DNA from: Ginglymostoma cirratum
Lineage: Eukaryota
Reading direction: 5' to 3'
Length of the DNA: 64,000 nt
NCBI GenBank assembly: GCA_024137785.1
Contig: JAHRHZ010000091.1
Location: forward strand, 6,390,292 to 6,454,291
How positions within the stretch are numbered: the stretch's first letter is position 1; each line of letters starts with the position of its first letter. Shown piece by piece: positions 25,456 through 38,411 of this stretch. A model generated the notes under the pieces. The model made no database searches. It was not told the origin of the DNA and saw nothing but the letters and a program-made list of their open reading frames with translations. Made by a program: the position numbers and the translations under genes.

Positions 25456-26934
25456 CACTTAAATCTGAGTCATTTACCTTGGGAGTTTATTCCATGTATT
25501 CGTTACCCTCACAGTTTTGTGCCATTATCAAATTTCTGATTTTTATAAACACCACCTGTTCATGTTTTAGTCAGCCTATTTTGGTGAACATGCAGAGTCA
25601 TTTACTTTTACCATGTAGTTAGGCATATATCCTGTATGCCATGAAGATGTGAGGTTTCTGCACCCACATTGTTTCTGTGTTCCATTGGCTTTGCTTCCAA
25701 GGCATTTCTACGAAGGTCTAATCACTTATTGGCACTTCAGCGCTATCTAGGGATGGATTACTAAACATACCACATCCTGAACAGTGCAACTATTATTTGG
25801 TCAGACATTTTATGACTGGACATGAAGTGCTTGTCCTCCCAGGACTCTGTTCTATGGATGTGACACTTGGGCAGGTAGAGCAGAATTAGGTTGGGAGCAA
25901 CACCTCCGTATATGCTTATTTCTTGCATACTGCTTTGTCAGTGGTGCTCTCAACTGAAGGGTGCGTCAAATGGGGGCATACACAGTAACTTTAATGCTTT
26001 TGAAATCATAGCTGTATTATTGATCTTGAACGGTGATGAGGAGAGGCCGCATTCTTTTGAAAACTGAATAAAACTGTTCATCTTCCTCATTACATAACAC
26101 GCTGCCTTTTTTGTGTTTGAGCACTAAAATTTATGGAGAATCAAATGCACAGTGTTGCATTCCCGGTAAAAATATATTCTTTCTGTGGGTTCAGGAGTTT
26201 TTGATGTTCAGTATCAGTCCCAGCCTGTACTCTTTTTCATTACCTATAAAAGAGACCAGCAGCATGTAAACTGATGGCAAGCTTGCTATATTGTATATTA
26301 CAGTATCATAATAAATGTATTAATTTGTTTACTAACACTAATTGTTCTGTATTTGTTTAATATTTAACCATTTAAAAATTGGAAGTACCCATAGCAAGAG
26401 TGAAAAATAGTTGTTTGTCACAAACTTCATTGCATTATGATCCCGTAAATGCTTGACTAATGTTAACTAATTTATGTTGTTGCTTTCCTTGGCCTGATGG
26501 CTCGTTCACTCACTGTGTCATTAAGCGAGTAACCTCTTTCCATGATATGCATTTCGGATAACAACTTCACGTTGTAGCACATGTATCAAATATGTCTGTA
26601 GCAGCACAATTCTGCTAGTCCTTGTCGCTGAACAAAATAATTTCAGTCACTTTCATTGGTAATTTGCTTGATGCAATTAGCATTTTTTTTGCTTTTATAC
26701 TTCTTCTTAAACTTTGACATTGCCATGCAAGTTCATGTCCTCCTAAGTGAAGTCAGAATGCTTTAGTCATGCAATCAACAAATCCACATACTAGCTGTTA
26801 GCAAACTAGCACCTTAGTGAATTAATGTAGGTACAGTGCAGTAAGTAAAACATGCTTTACTCGAATGGGTATCCATCATATTTTCTGACTGTCTACAGTT
26901 GCTTCTGGCTCACAGCCACATTTATCGTAAATAC

Positions 26935-28690
26935 ATGATTACGGGGGTGGATGCCTGCCTCATCAGCCTAGGCCAGGAGAAGGCCTTTGACAGGATATCG
27001 CATACCTACGTGTGGGACGTGCTGAACAAAATTGGCTTTTGGGAAGAAACCCTCAGTTGGATCCGACTGCTTTATACCAACGTCATTACTGCAGTCTCAG
27101 TCAATGGGTGGGAAGCAGAAAATTTCTGGGTCAAATCCGGAGTCAGGCAGGGCTGCCCACCTGCCTTGTTTGTTTGTTGTATAGAGCCGTTTGCTGAGTC
27201 CCATCAGGAAGGATATGAGCCTGAGATGGGTGACTATTCCAGGCAGCTGAGGCCTGCGGGTCAAAGCCATCCCGTACATGGGTGACATTGCCATTTTCTG
27301 CTCAGATCCTCTGTCAGTGCATAGACTGATGAGTATCTGCAACCAGCTGAAAATGGCCCCAGGAGCCAAGGTAAGTCAAGGCAAAAGCAAGGCCATGTTC
27401 TTTGGGAATTGGGCTGACCAATCCTTTATTCCCTTCGCCATCAGGACAGATTACCTGAAGGTGCTGGGAATATGGTTTGGAAAGGCTGGGGCAAGCGCCA
27501 AATCTTTGGAGGAGTACTTCCTGCGTGTTGCAGGTAAAAGCCTGGTCATCAGATGTGAGGTACCCGCTGTTGTTGTACACGGTGCAAGTCTGGCCCATTC
27601 CCAGAACTTGTGCCGTTGCAGTCACCTGAGCTATCTTCCACTTCATCTGGAGGTCTAAGGTGGACCCGGTCCACGTGGACACCATGTACAAAGCTCTGTA
27701 TAAGGTGGGGGGGGGAAGAACGTACCCAATGCTGCCCTCATCCTGAGGGTATGTGTGCCTGCTTCAAGCTGTGCATAGACCCTTGGTATGCAAACACCAA
27801 GTGCCATTACATACTGAGGTTCTAGCTGTCCCTAGAATTGTGAAGGATGGGACTGGCCTTGGTGCCACAGAATGTTCCGAGTAGTTCGACCATTCCATAT
27901 CACTTGAAATTTGAAATGATAAAGACCTTTGACCATAAGTCCATCAGGCAGTAGCCAGCACATGGTGTCCTTGAGACCCTGAGGGAAAAGGAGAGGGCGG
28001 ATCCTGTCACATGGTTCCCTCAGCAGACTTTCAAAGTCATTTGTCAGAACGCCTCGTTATCAGAACTTGCTTGGTTGGTGGTGAGAAGGGCACTTCCTGT
28101 GAGATCCTTCATGTCTGCCTAGACTCTCTGCACCACCGTACTCTGCCCTCGAAGTGGTTGTGGGGTTCTTGACACTACCGCACATCTCCTGCTGGAATAT
28201 GTGTTTACAAAGGAAATCTGAAGAGAGATGCAGTGATTTTTGTTGGGGTTCATCCCGTATAGCTCCATGATGCAGGATTCTGGACTCTATGGTCTGTTCC
28301 CCATGACACACACCAAGACAAACCATCGACTACACCTGGAAGAGTATCAAATTGGTGAAAGACACTCTTTAATCTGCCAGAAACTAGTTGGCCTTCCAGA
28401 ACAAGGAGTTGACTTTGGCTGAGTGTTGCAGAGTGGCACACTTCAAGGTCCAGGGCTGTGTGATGAGGGATGCAGTAAAGTGTGGGGCAGCTACCGCCAA
28501 GGCACAGTGGGGAAAGACCACCATCTAGATCTTTCTGCTGAAGCTGAATGGGGATCTGTTCCGTTATTGGACCCACCCGGTGCCTCAAATGTATTAAAAT
28601 ATAGTCTTGTACAAGTAAGAAGTGCCTTTGGTTTGTTTAGATTATTTGTTTCTTCATGTGCTGCTGTACAGAACTGAACTGCTTTACAGA
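26935..28690 (+). mobile_element. Tx1/L1-clade LINE, 5'-truncated ORF2 (RT and C-terminus)
   Basis: CLISLGQEKAFDRISH, VSVNG..SGVRQGCP..LFVCCIEP, YMGDIAIF, YLKVLGIWFG, CPRSGCG..HLLLE zinc-knuckle-like region; frameshifted. Confidence 0.88.
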
Positions 28691-28691
28691 T

Positions 28692-28716
28692 TGTGTGTGT
28701 GTGTGTGTGTGTGTGT
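28692..28716. repeat. (TG)n microsatellite at the 3' end of the Tx1 element
   Basis: About 12 tg units. Confidence 0.9.
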
Positions 28717-29329
28717 ATTTCAAGATACTTTATTCATAAAGTATAGTTTTGGAAATTTGAAAAAAACATGATTTGCAAATTAGTTAGTGCCAGACATCCT
28801 CTGCTCTGTTTTTTTATCTTCTGAATGAATTGGCACAGGGTGTGATACAGATTGGCATAGGTCTTGAGCTGCATCTCTGAATTATTGGTTACTAATTGCT
28901 TTATTAGTACCATTGATAACAAGTCCAAAAGCAGAGAAAGTGGCACTGAGCACATTATTAGAAAAATTTAAGCAGTGTGCATGAAGTCCTGATGTTATGC
29001 ACAGACAGTACAGATTTATGAAAATGCTGGTTGTCGGATGTCCAGCTGAACTATCAGCCTGTCTTATTGCCATGGTGCAACTTAACATGATCCTCATGAA
29101 CCCTTCTCTCACTCCTACTCATCACCCCCATGCCTCAGACACCACTGGTCAACCAAAGAATCAATGGGAAACAACTGGACTGATTTAGGGATAAAACGTT
29201 GAACCATTTTCTTTTGAACCCTTGAAGGTGATCACAAATTCAAGCAAAACTCAGCGATTGCAAAGCTCATTGTTAAACATACCGTTTGCATTTGCTTAGA
29301 GTAATAGCCACAGTTAAGGTCAGTTCTCT

Positions 29330-30165
29330 TTTGTGCATTTCCAAGAAATTCACGCTCTGTGTATCACCCGCAGCATTATTCCAAATGTCATTGACCCGCC
29401 ATGAAAAGAAAAAATTAACTGACAGGTAAACTGTTTTTCTTGTTTAATTTATATGTTTATTTCGTAAACCCCTTTGATCCATCTGTATGGATCAAGACGA
29501 ATTTTCAAGATTTTAATCAAGTCTCTCAAATTGTACAAATGACCAGTGTTAACCACCCCAGTGCTCTTAGCCTGTTGTGACTAGTAGCTTTTGGGCATGG
29601 TATCAAATTTGTGGTCGTCCTCCGATCTTTACTCAAGATTCAATGTAAAACAAGTGAGGTGGAGGAGGAACCAAAACTAATACCACACAGCACTAAGATT
29701 GACGTTTCCCCACTGTCTTGTATGTTAAAGTGCTTTTATTTTCTGTTTACAATCCTGTCAGGCATACAGTACTTGGTGTTAGCTTTACCCATGTATATGA
29801 CTCTCTTGTCTATCTAGTCTAAATGACAACTGCTGGACTCTCGCCAACTCCTCTGTCATACATTGAAATGCTTGCAAATCATTTTTCTCCCTCCAAGCTT
29901 CTAGATAAATCTTTGGGGTAAAATTTGCATAAAACAAACTTTCCATCAGTTCCTGTGAATTCTGATGACCAGTCCCTAGGCAGACCCATTGTTATGCAAA
30001 TGAAACCAATTTTGTTTTGATTCAAAATTTGATTATCCCACAGGAGTCTGATTTCATAACCAGGTTATCAAAGCATTTTGTCAAGAGTTTTGAAAGTCCA
30101 GATATACAAAATCAATTGAACTACTTGTGTTTAACAATCTAGTAGCTTCCTCAACAAATTCAATC
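29330..30165 (-). mobile_element. Old CR1-like LINE RT fragment
   Basis: Minus strand VYLDFQ near 30090-30110 plus decayed downstream motifs. Confidence 0.6.
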
Positions 30166-30215
30166 TGGAATTCAGCACATTTGGTAAGAAATTAAATTGA
30201 AAGTACGATAACTAA

Positions 30216-30418
30216 AATGAAACAAAAGTATGAATGCTGGAGATTGAAAAGCAAAATGGAAAGTGCTGGAGAAATTCAGCAGGTCCGTCATCAGTATAAA
30301 TTTTCCAACTGCTTTCAATTCTGACAAAGGGTCTTTGGACTTGAAGCATTACTGTTTTTTTTCACCACAGATGTTGCTGGACCTGCTGAGTTTCTCTAGC
30401 ACTTTGTTTTTGTCTCCA
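30216..30418. mobile_element. Palindromic Penelope-derived family B element
   Basis: aaagtgctggagaaattcagcaggtcc / ggacctgctgagtttctctagcacttt inverted arms; central ctgacaaagggtc..gacttgaag; flanking ataactaa repeat. Confidence 0.7.
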
Positions 30419-33404
30419 ATAACTAACTGTCAGACCTACTGTTTTAATAATTACTTCTAGGATATACATCAAGCTACTGAGCCTCAAAGGACAAAATCAT
30501 GAGTTTGCGAACAGTAGTACGACATGGCTCTCTCTCCCACCCATGAGAGCAATCACAGACCCTAGAATAATGCTCTGAACTGTCAGCAAAACCTTTTCCT
30601 TCTGATTGCTAAACATGCAGAACTGGTCGTGCACTACTACATTTTTCTGATACAAACATATACTGTAGATGTAAAACAGCATATTGTGTGGTGTTAGAAC
30701 AAGAGCCAACCTGGTGAAGGGGAAGATTGCTGAAAGGAATATGGAGATAACCTTACTAAATTGTTGGAGGGATTATGGAAAGTCACATGTTTTCAGATAT
30801 CACTGTCGCAAGTGTGTCATATTTTGGTTTGGGTAGGTTCCTGCCACCAATCCTTCTTTCTCTAAATAATTTTAATCAACCTGTCTGGGCAATAATGATA
30901 CACCTCCAGGCCAGTTGTGGGGGGGTGGGACTTGAACTGGACCATCTAACTTAGAGGTAGAAATTGGACCACAAGACTGTTTTCCCCTCTTTCTGGATGC
31001 TGAGTCTCGGTGCCTGTCTAATTATCAATGTTAGACAATGGACGACTGGTAAGTCTTAACAAAAGTGGCACTTGTCTTCCAAAACAAAGTTTACTGCGTT
31101 AAATCTATAGTTAAAGCTTGCATTACTAGTCAGACTTTATTACTAAGGACTCTTGGCAACGTTAGAAGAAGGGAATGTAGTGAATACATTTGCTCCCTTT
31201 GCACCTGTGTTGAACTCTCTGCCTCCACTTAAAGACTATGTGACGTTATCAGATTAAATGAAGTTCAATGTGACATAAACATGAACTCGATCAGAACTAT
31301 TACCTTGTACCATAACTTGGTTGAAGTGAGGGAAGATTGGAGTGCATAAAGACAGTCTCGGGAGAGGTGGTTGCTATTGTGGCTTAACAAACCTAGGTTT
31401 GTTAATGTGCCTGATACCACCGTTGACTTTTATATGGGCTGAACCACAGAAATTTTTCAGTGTTAGAAAAGTTTGGCTCATGCCATAAATTCTTGCTTGA
31501 TCTGCATCCATTTTGAATGATTGGTAAACATCACCTTGTTTGAAATAATGCACTTTGATGTATCTACCTCTGTTGAGTGAGAAGGAAATAAGTGTTTACT
31601 GTTTATTTGGTCATGCTATGAATTACACTTTGAACTGGATAAAGAAGTAATTTCTGCTTTGAGTCTACTGGCACAAGAAATGAAGCAATTTATTTTCTGT
31701 TTACTTAAAAACCTAAATGACTTTTACCGATTGGACTGAATTTAAATCTTATTTTTACTTTGTAATGTTGGTAATTAAATGTTAGTGGAACTTTTCTAAT
31801 CTTCATTGATTGCCACCTAATCCAAAGTTATACGAAAATCCACAATTTTCCATTAGGCAAACTCCCCACTAGGAATGAAGTTTCTTTTTCAAGCATCCTT
31901 CTGTCCCTAGTACCCCTGTAAATATTTTCTAAAGTGAGAGAGGAATGTTCTAACCTCCTGTCAAGTGTTCCAGGATCTCTGCTATTGTGATGGCTCTTAA
32001 TATAAAAAAAATTGTTGAATGATTTTCATGTTGTATGCCAGGAGACTGGTCTTCTGTTGGTTCGGACCAATAAGTTTGATTAGGTTGCATGTGTTGTTTT
32101 CACAAGTATCCCCTTCTTAAGCTACTCATTTGTTTTTGAGATCTTAATTGCATGGGTGGGTGTGTTTTACCAACCTTTGCACATTTTTCAGTGACGTTGC
32201 ATGCGATATCTTAAAGGTTTTTTTCCTCAAAATATGGATTGAATGTAGGTAAGTTTTGGAAAGAAAGCAAGAAACCAGCACATTATTTGTGTTTCAGATT
32301 TCCAGTGTCTGCAGTTCTTCGTTTTAATTTAACCTAATGTGTTAATTGGAAAGATTTAGGTTGTTCAATGTAATCATTATCACTGACCAAACAAGTCAGC
32401 ATTTATACAAATATTTGTACATTTTAAAATTCTCTTCAGTTATACGCAAGCTATTTTGAAATTATGCTCGGGTCAGTTTGCAATTGTGGCATTACATTCC
32501 ACATTGGATGATTAGCTATTATTTTTTGAGCTTACTTGAAGTTATTCTGCAACTGAGTTGATTGTAAATGAGGCAGTAATGTAGGAGTTTGCTATTCAAA
32601 TGATGAAAAGAATTAGAAAAATTGAATAAAACAATTTAGACTAAGAAAAGTGGACTGCATTTAGATTTTTAAAATCTAATCGGACTTTCCAACCCTTAGA
32701 GCATTTGGTCTTTAAGGCTTGCATGCAAAACTATATTCCTGTCGGTTTTAAGATTTGGCAAACTGCAAATTCTAATGCGGATTTCGGCATACAAACTGTG
32801 TTTGGCAATGTGTCTGACAAGCAGCGTCTCCCCTTCTAAAAGGTCTCACCTCAGTGGGTTCTAATGGTATGTGGAGGATAGCTAAAATGAAGAAGACTGA
32901 TTTGTTTATCTTTATAGAATGTTCTTTATTCATCAAGTAAACCTTTACTTACAAGCTCCAGTTCGCCCAGTGTCAGTTTAGACCTTCAGTGCACATGTTG
33001 GGGGAATTGCTATCAGTTTATCTTTAGATGGAATAAACTGGAGTAATATGTGATCTACTGAATCATAGCAGCTATTGTGTGTTCTGAAAAAATGATTCTT
33101 ATTGTACTATGAATTTCCTATAGTATCTTAATACTACTTTCCAAACAAATTTTATTCCAAATAGACACCAACTGTTGTAATTTTTCATGGATGTGGTTTA
33201 ATCTCCAGCACAACCATGCCCAAGAAATACACTAAAAATATTACTTACAAATTGCATGGAATGCACAACTTATTGAATATTTCCAATTCATTTATATACC
33301 ATTCCATTTACCTGAAATGGCCAATTAATATTGCACGTTGTTATAAATTTCATTTTTAACGTTGTGGATGGTGAGTAATACATGAAGTACTAGATGGAGC
33401 ATTG

Positions 33405-33900
33405 TTGAAAAAATATGATTTGTTAAAGCTTTTTGTCTTGCACTTGTCAGGACAATTTGCAAGAATACAAATTTAAGGGGAATGACAAAATGTAAGTATG
33501 AGAGAAGAATGCAGATTGGCAAGTGGAATCTGATTGGTAGAGGTGTTGACGTGGAGAATCATCAGTTAATAATGACTTACAGTTCAAGTTCAAGTTCAAG
33601 TCAGTCAGGTTGATCAAGACACTGCCCGAAGAAAGGAAACGGCAAGTAATTGTCACCTATTTTTCAGAGTTGCAAAAGATACAGTGCATGTACATGCTCT
33701 TACCATTTTCAAAGAAAAGTTTGGCAAATTGCAGGCCTGACTGGCGATCCTAAATCTGCTTTCACAGTAGTTCATTCTTAGGCCCAGGACTATCCTGAAA
33801 ATGTTGTTCGAGTACCACTTGAGCCCCAGTTTGAAAACCTGTGATCGAGTACCATGTCCATCACATGCATTCCACATTCCAGTGTATGGGTAAGCCATTT
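33405..33900 (-). mobile_element. Family C Penelope-like terminal repeat with degenerate hammerhead-like motif
   Basis: Reverse complement of 33420-33455 is gtcctgacaagtgcaagacaaaaagcttt; body homologous to 18975-19115. Confidence 0.5.
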
Positions 33901-34529
33901 TGGACTGAAATTAAGAAATAAACAGATTTCTAGACACCAGAACTGTCAAGTGGTGGAAGAGAGAGCAACAGCATAGCATTAGGATAGAATCAGCCACGTT
34001 GAATGGTGGGAGTAGGCTTGATAGTCTGAATAGCTTAATTTTGCTCCTGTGTTTCTATGAATGTTTTTCGTATTATTGGTTCCCGTATGAGTATTACTAA
34101 ACAAAATCTGGTTGACAAATAGCCAGATTTTCTCCAATTTAATCCAAAATTAGATTGGACAAACCATGTACAGTAACATTGTGAAAAGTGTGCTTATTAT
34201 ATTAAAATCCTTTGCCTGCTAGGATTCATGGCATATGGTGCTTGTTCCCAGAGTGATCAGGTAACTTCAGACATATTTCTGTCTGATAATTAGTTATTAC
34301 TTTTCCAAGTTAAATGATTTTTTTTGGGGGAGGTCTCTGATTCTCAAATGAGCAAATTCTTTCCTACCAAGTTGTATTCCTGTGGGGAAATTTGTTAGTA
34401 CTGTTGGGGAGTGTTGGCAGTGTGTTGGGATCCAGAGATGATATTCAGTGGGAGATGAATGGTCAAAATTAGAAGAGACAGTAAGTGAGTCAAGAAGGTT
34501 TTAGGTCATTTCAGGGATAAGGAGTTTGG

Positions 34530-35970
34530 TAAAGTTGAATGTTATAGAGAGAGGCTGGATTGGCTGGGACTTTTTTCAAGGGAGCATAGGAGGTTGAAGG
34601 CTGACCTTATAGAGGTTTTTAAAATTGAGGAGTATAGATAAGGTGAATGGCAGGTGATTTTTTTTTTCCTGTGGTGGGGGATTTCAAGACTGGGGTCATA
34701 TTCTTAAGGTGAGAGGAAAAAAATTTAGAAAGGACATGAGGGGCAACGTTTTTATACAGATAGTAGTTCGTATGTGGAATGAACTTCCAGAGGAAGTGGT
34801 CGATGTTACTAGATGAGAGCAAAGCATTCGAGGTAGTCTACTTGGACTACAGCAAGGCTTTTGATAATGTCTGTCATGGTAGACTGATAGTGCAAGTAGG
34901 AGTTCATGGGATCCAGGGAAATTTGGCTAATTGGATCCAGAATTGGCTGAGTGCCAGCAAGCAGAATGTAATGGTCGCAGGGTGTTTTTGTGACTGGCAA
35001 CCTGTGTCCAGTGAGGTTCCATAGAAATTGGGATGAAGGCCCTTGTCTGTGGTGCATATAAACAATGTAGACTTGAATATAATAAGATGGATCTGTAAGT
35101 TCATGGATGCTGTGAAAATTGGTGGTGTGGTAAATAGTGAGAAGGATTACTGGATCTTGTAGACAGGCTAGTCAGATGGCCGTATCAGTGATAAATGGAA
35201 TTCAGTCTGGATAAGTGTGAGATGATGCACTTTGACAGAACAAACAAGGTAAAGGAATATATGATAAACAGTATGATCCTGGGAAGCTCTCAGGATCAGA
35301 GGGAACTTGGTGTGCATGTCCATCGGTCCTTTAAGGTAGTCAATTAAAGTGGTTAAGGAGGCACATGGGATACTTGTCAATCTTTATTATATAATGTTTT
35401 AGAGCAGGGAGATTATGCTGGAACCGTATAAAACATTAGTTAGGCTACAGCTAGAGTATTATGTGCACTTTTGGAATTCATCTTATAGGAGGGATGTGAT
35501 TGCACGGGAGAGGGTGCAGAGAAGAGTTACCAGCCTGGGCTGGAGAGCACTAGTTTAGAAGAGAGATTGGGTAGATTGGGATTGTCTACCTTAGAGCAGA
35601 GGAGACTGAAATGGGAACCTGGTTGAGATGTATAAAACTGAGGGGCATAGACAGAGTACACAGGAAGAAACCTTTCCCCTTGATGGAGGGATCACTGACT
35701 TGGAGGCATACAATTAAAGTAAGGAGCAGGAGGTTTCGAGGGGATGTGTTTTTTTTCTCAGAGATCAGTGAGAGTCTGGAACTCATTGCTTGAAATGATT
35801 GTAGAGGCAGGAGCCATCATATGATGTACCATTGTGACGCCAAGATGTACTTGGTTATAGGCCAAATGCTGGAACATGGAATTAGAATAGTTAGTTGGTT
35901 GTTTTTGACTGGTGCAGATTTGATGGGCTGAACAGCCTTTTTCTGTGCTGTACTCCTGTATGATTCTATG
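34530..35970 (+). mobile_element. Two fused CR1 fragments (junction ~34803)
   Basis: 3'-region CR1 sequence joined directly to VVYLDYSKAFDNVCHGRL RT; tail tatgattctatg. Confidence 0.88.
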
Positions 35971-36414
35971 CTCCTTTTAAATTTTCAGCACAAATGTGGT
36001 AAATTTGCTGGTACTGGAATGTAAAATAGTTATCTAAATAAACAAAAGAGCGAAAACAAATAAAGTCTGGTAGGTGCAAAGAAAAGCAATGCATTAAAAA
36101 AATTGCCAAACTTAGAGCACAAATCTATACTTTCTGTCTCCCAGTCAGTCTTGTCAATGTTCGTATTTAAACTATCAGATAAAACGTTTTTCACTTAATA
36201 CTAGTAAATTAATTTGAATTCCATTATTAGAACCTTAGAACCTGCATTCAAGCTTGATCTATAGAATGATTAAACTTGTAGGAACAAATTACTACAGATG
36301 CTGACTATTTATGCCCATTTGGAGCTCCCAGATATCAACAACTTTACATAAAATCAAGAGGTGACATGGTAACAGAGAATGTAACAAGCAAAGCTAAAAG
36401 AAATGGAAGGAATG

Positions 36415-36745
36415 GGTTCACAATTTGAAGGTTATAAAGTGCCTACTTGAAGATGAGGTGTTGCTCCTCCAGTTTTCGCTGTGATTCGCTGGAGCATTGC
36501 AGCATGCTGAGGACAGACAAGTGGGCATGTGAGCCGGATGATGTGTTAAAAAGACTGGCTGGGGGAAGGTCGGGGTCATATTTGTGCACGAACTGATGGT
36601 GTGCTGCAAAGCAATCGCTCAGGCTGTGTTTGGTCACTCCAATGTAGAGCATTGGGTGCAGCAAATACAATACGCAAGATTGGATGAAGTATAAGTGAGA
36701 TGCTATTTCACCTGGAAAGACTCCGTAGGCCCTTGGATGATCTGT
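36415..36745 (-). mobile_element. Penelope-like GIY-YIG fragment
   Basis: LYIGVTKHSLSDCFAAH..DPDLP..FN..RKLEEQHLIF. Confidence 0.85.
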
Positions 36746-36760
36746 TGTTTACAAAAACTG

Positions 36761-37057
36761 TGGTGCACCCAGGTTTGATTCTATCCTTCGTTGACTGTGT
36801 GGAGTTTGCACATTCTTCCTATGTCTATGTAGGTTTCTGCCAGGTGCTTTGGTTCCCTCCCACAGTCCAAAGATGCACAGGCTAGGTGGATTGGCCATGC
36901 TAAATTGCCTCATAGTATCCAGGGATGTGCAGGTTAGGTAGATTATACCATGGTAAATACAGGGTTACAAGGACAGGATGGGGCTGTGTCTGGTTGGGAT
37001 GCTGTTTGGAGGGTTGTTACAGTCTCGATGAGTCAATAGCCTGTAGGGATTCTATGA
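36761..37057 (+). mobile_element. HE1-type V-SINE
   Basis: tgtggagtttgcacattct..cctcccacagtccaaagatg..ggattggccatgctaaattgcc..ctgtagggattctatga. Confidence 0.85.
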
Positions 37058-37371
37058 ATAATTATAGGGAAGATTTTAACATTCCACAAACCATCCTTTA
37101 TTTCCCTGCCTTTTAGGTATGGAATGCTCTGACTACATGTGTAGCAGGGCTAATATATTTAGTTTAATGAAAGGAGTGCTGCTATATTGTGAAAATTCAC
37201 TGTCTCCATCATGGTATCTAAATGTCTTCAATCAAATAGCTTGGTGAGAAATGCTTAAAAAATGCATGATTATTTTATGTCTGTTATTGTTCCAAAGCTG
37301 TCATGTAGAGACGCTTAAGGCTGTTAGAAGCATCCTCTAAGTCACAAGATGCCTTTCAACATGTACTGCAC

Positions 37372-37468
37372 CTCTGAGAAGGCCACCAGACCCAAAATGT
37401 TAACTCTGATTTGTCTTCACAAATGCTGCCAGACCTGCTGAGCTTTTCCAGCAACTTCTGTTCTTGTT
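37372..37468 (+). mobile_element. Family B terminal repeat with degenerate hammerhead-like motif
   Basis: ctgagaaggccaccagacccaaaatgttaactc..atgctgccagacctgctgagcttttccagc. Confidence 0.7.
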
Positions 37469-37863
37469 ACTTGTTGTGTGCTAACTTTCTCTTAGAATAG
37501 TGAAGTTCCAACCGGATTGCTTACCAGGAGTAAGAGGATTGTGCTGTTCTGAGTGTGAGATTTATGTTAAATTTTCATCATCAGTTTTTATACTCAAACT
37601 GATCTTGAATGCTGTAAAGATCTGGTTACAAATTCTTTCCTGCTCTTTCTCTAGCTTGCTTATAACTTGCACTCTAGTCATTTGACTCTTGCATTAGTGC
37701 ATATCATCATCTGCTGCTCTGCATCATTGATGACAGTGCCTTCAGCTATCGCTGTCCTGCTTTAGAATGCTATCCCTAAAATCTTGCACTTTGCTCCCTG
37801 TCCTTTAAAAAATATCTCTGATCAAATTTTCACTTGCCTCTCAACCAGTTCCCAAAATGTATC

Positions 37864-38411
37864 AGAGATAAAAGGTACTGCAGATGCTGGAGAATCCGAG
37901 ATAACAAGCATGGGGCTGGATGAACACAGCAGGTCAAGCAGCATCATAGGAGCAGGAAAACTTGACGTTTCGGGCCTAAACCCTTCATCAGAAATGGGGG
38001 AGGGGAAGAGGGTTCTGAAATAAATAGGGAGAGAGGGGGAGGCGGATAGAGGAGAGGATAGGTGGAGAGGAGGCAGACAAGTCGAAGAGGCGGGGATGGA
38101 GCCAGTAAAGGTGAGTGTAGGTAGGGGGGTAGGGAGGAGATTGGTCAGTCCAGGGAGGACGGACAGGTCAAGGGGGCGGGATGATGTTAGTAGATAGGAG
38201 ATGGGGGTGTGGCTTGAGGTGAGAGGAAAAACAGGTTAGGGAGGTGGAGATGAGCTGGGCTGGTTTTGGGATGCGGTTGGGGGAGGGGAGATTTTGAAGC
38301 TTGTGAAATCCACATTGATGCCATTGGGCTGCAGGGTTCCCAGGCTGAATATGATTTGCTGTTCCTGCAGCCTTCGGATGGCATCACTGTGGCATTGTAG
38401 GAGGCCAAGGA
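37864..38411 (-). mobile_element. 5'-truncated Penelope-like element (GIY-YIG C-terminus, family A terminal repeat, tail)
   Basis: Homologous to 21290-21737; TSD tcccaaaatgt at 37850-37860 and 38412-38422. Confidence 0.88.
37961..37994 (-). ncRNA. Minimal type I hammerhead ribozyme motif (intact core)
   Basis: UUU CUGAUGA A GGGU uuag GCCC GAAA CG UC AAG: core boxes, 4-bp stem II, palindromic ACGU in place of stem III, GUC triplet; stem I is short. Confidence 0.65.

Noticed and set aside
26598-26618. tagcagcac miR-15/16 seed-like sequence (also ~17574)
   Set aside because: The rest of the mature sequence does not match and no pre-miRNA hairpin is evident.
32661-32680. ttagattttTaaaatctaa palindrome
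   Set aside because: Short and AT-rich; expected by chance.
37091-37250. Strong splice-acceptor-like tract ending at 37116
   Set aside because: No convincing donor, recognisable peptide or partner exons.
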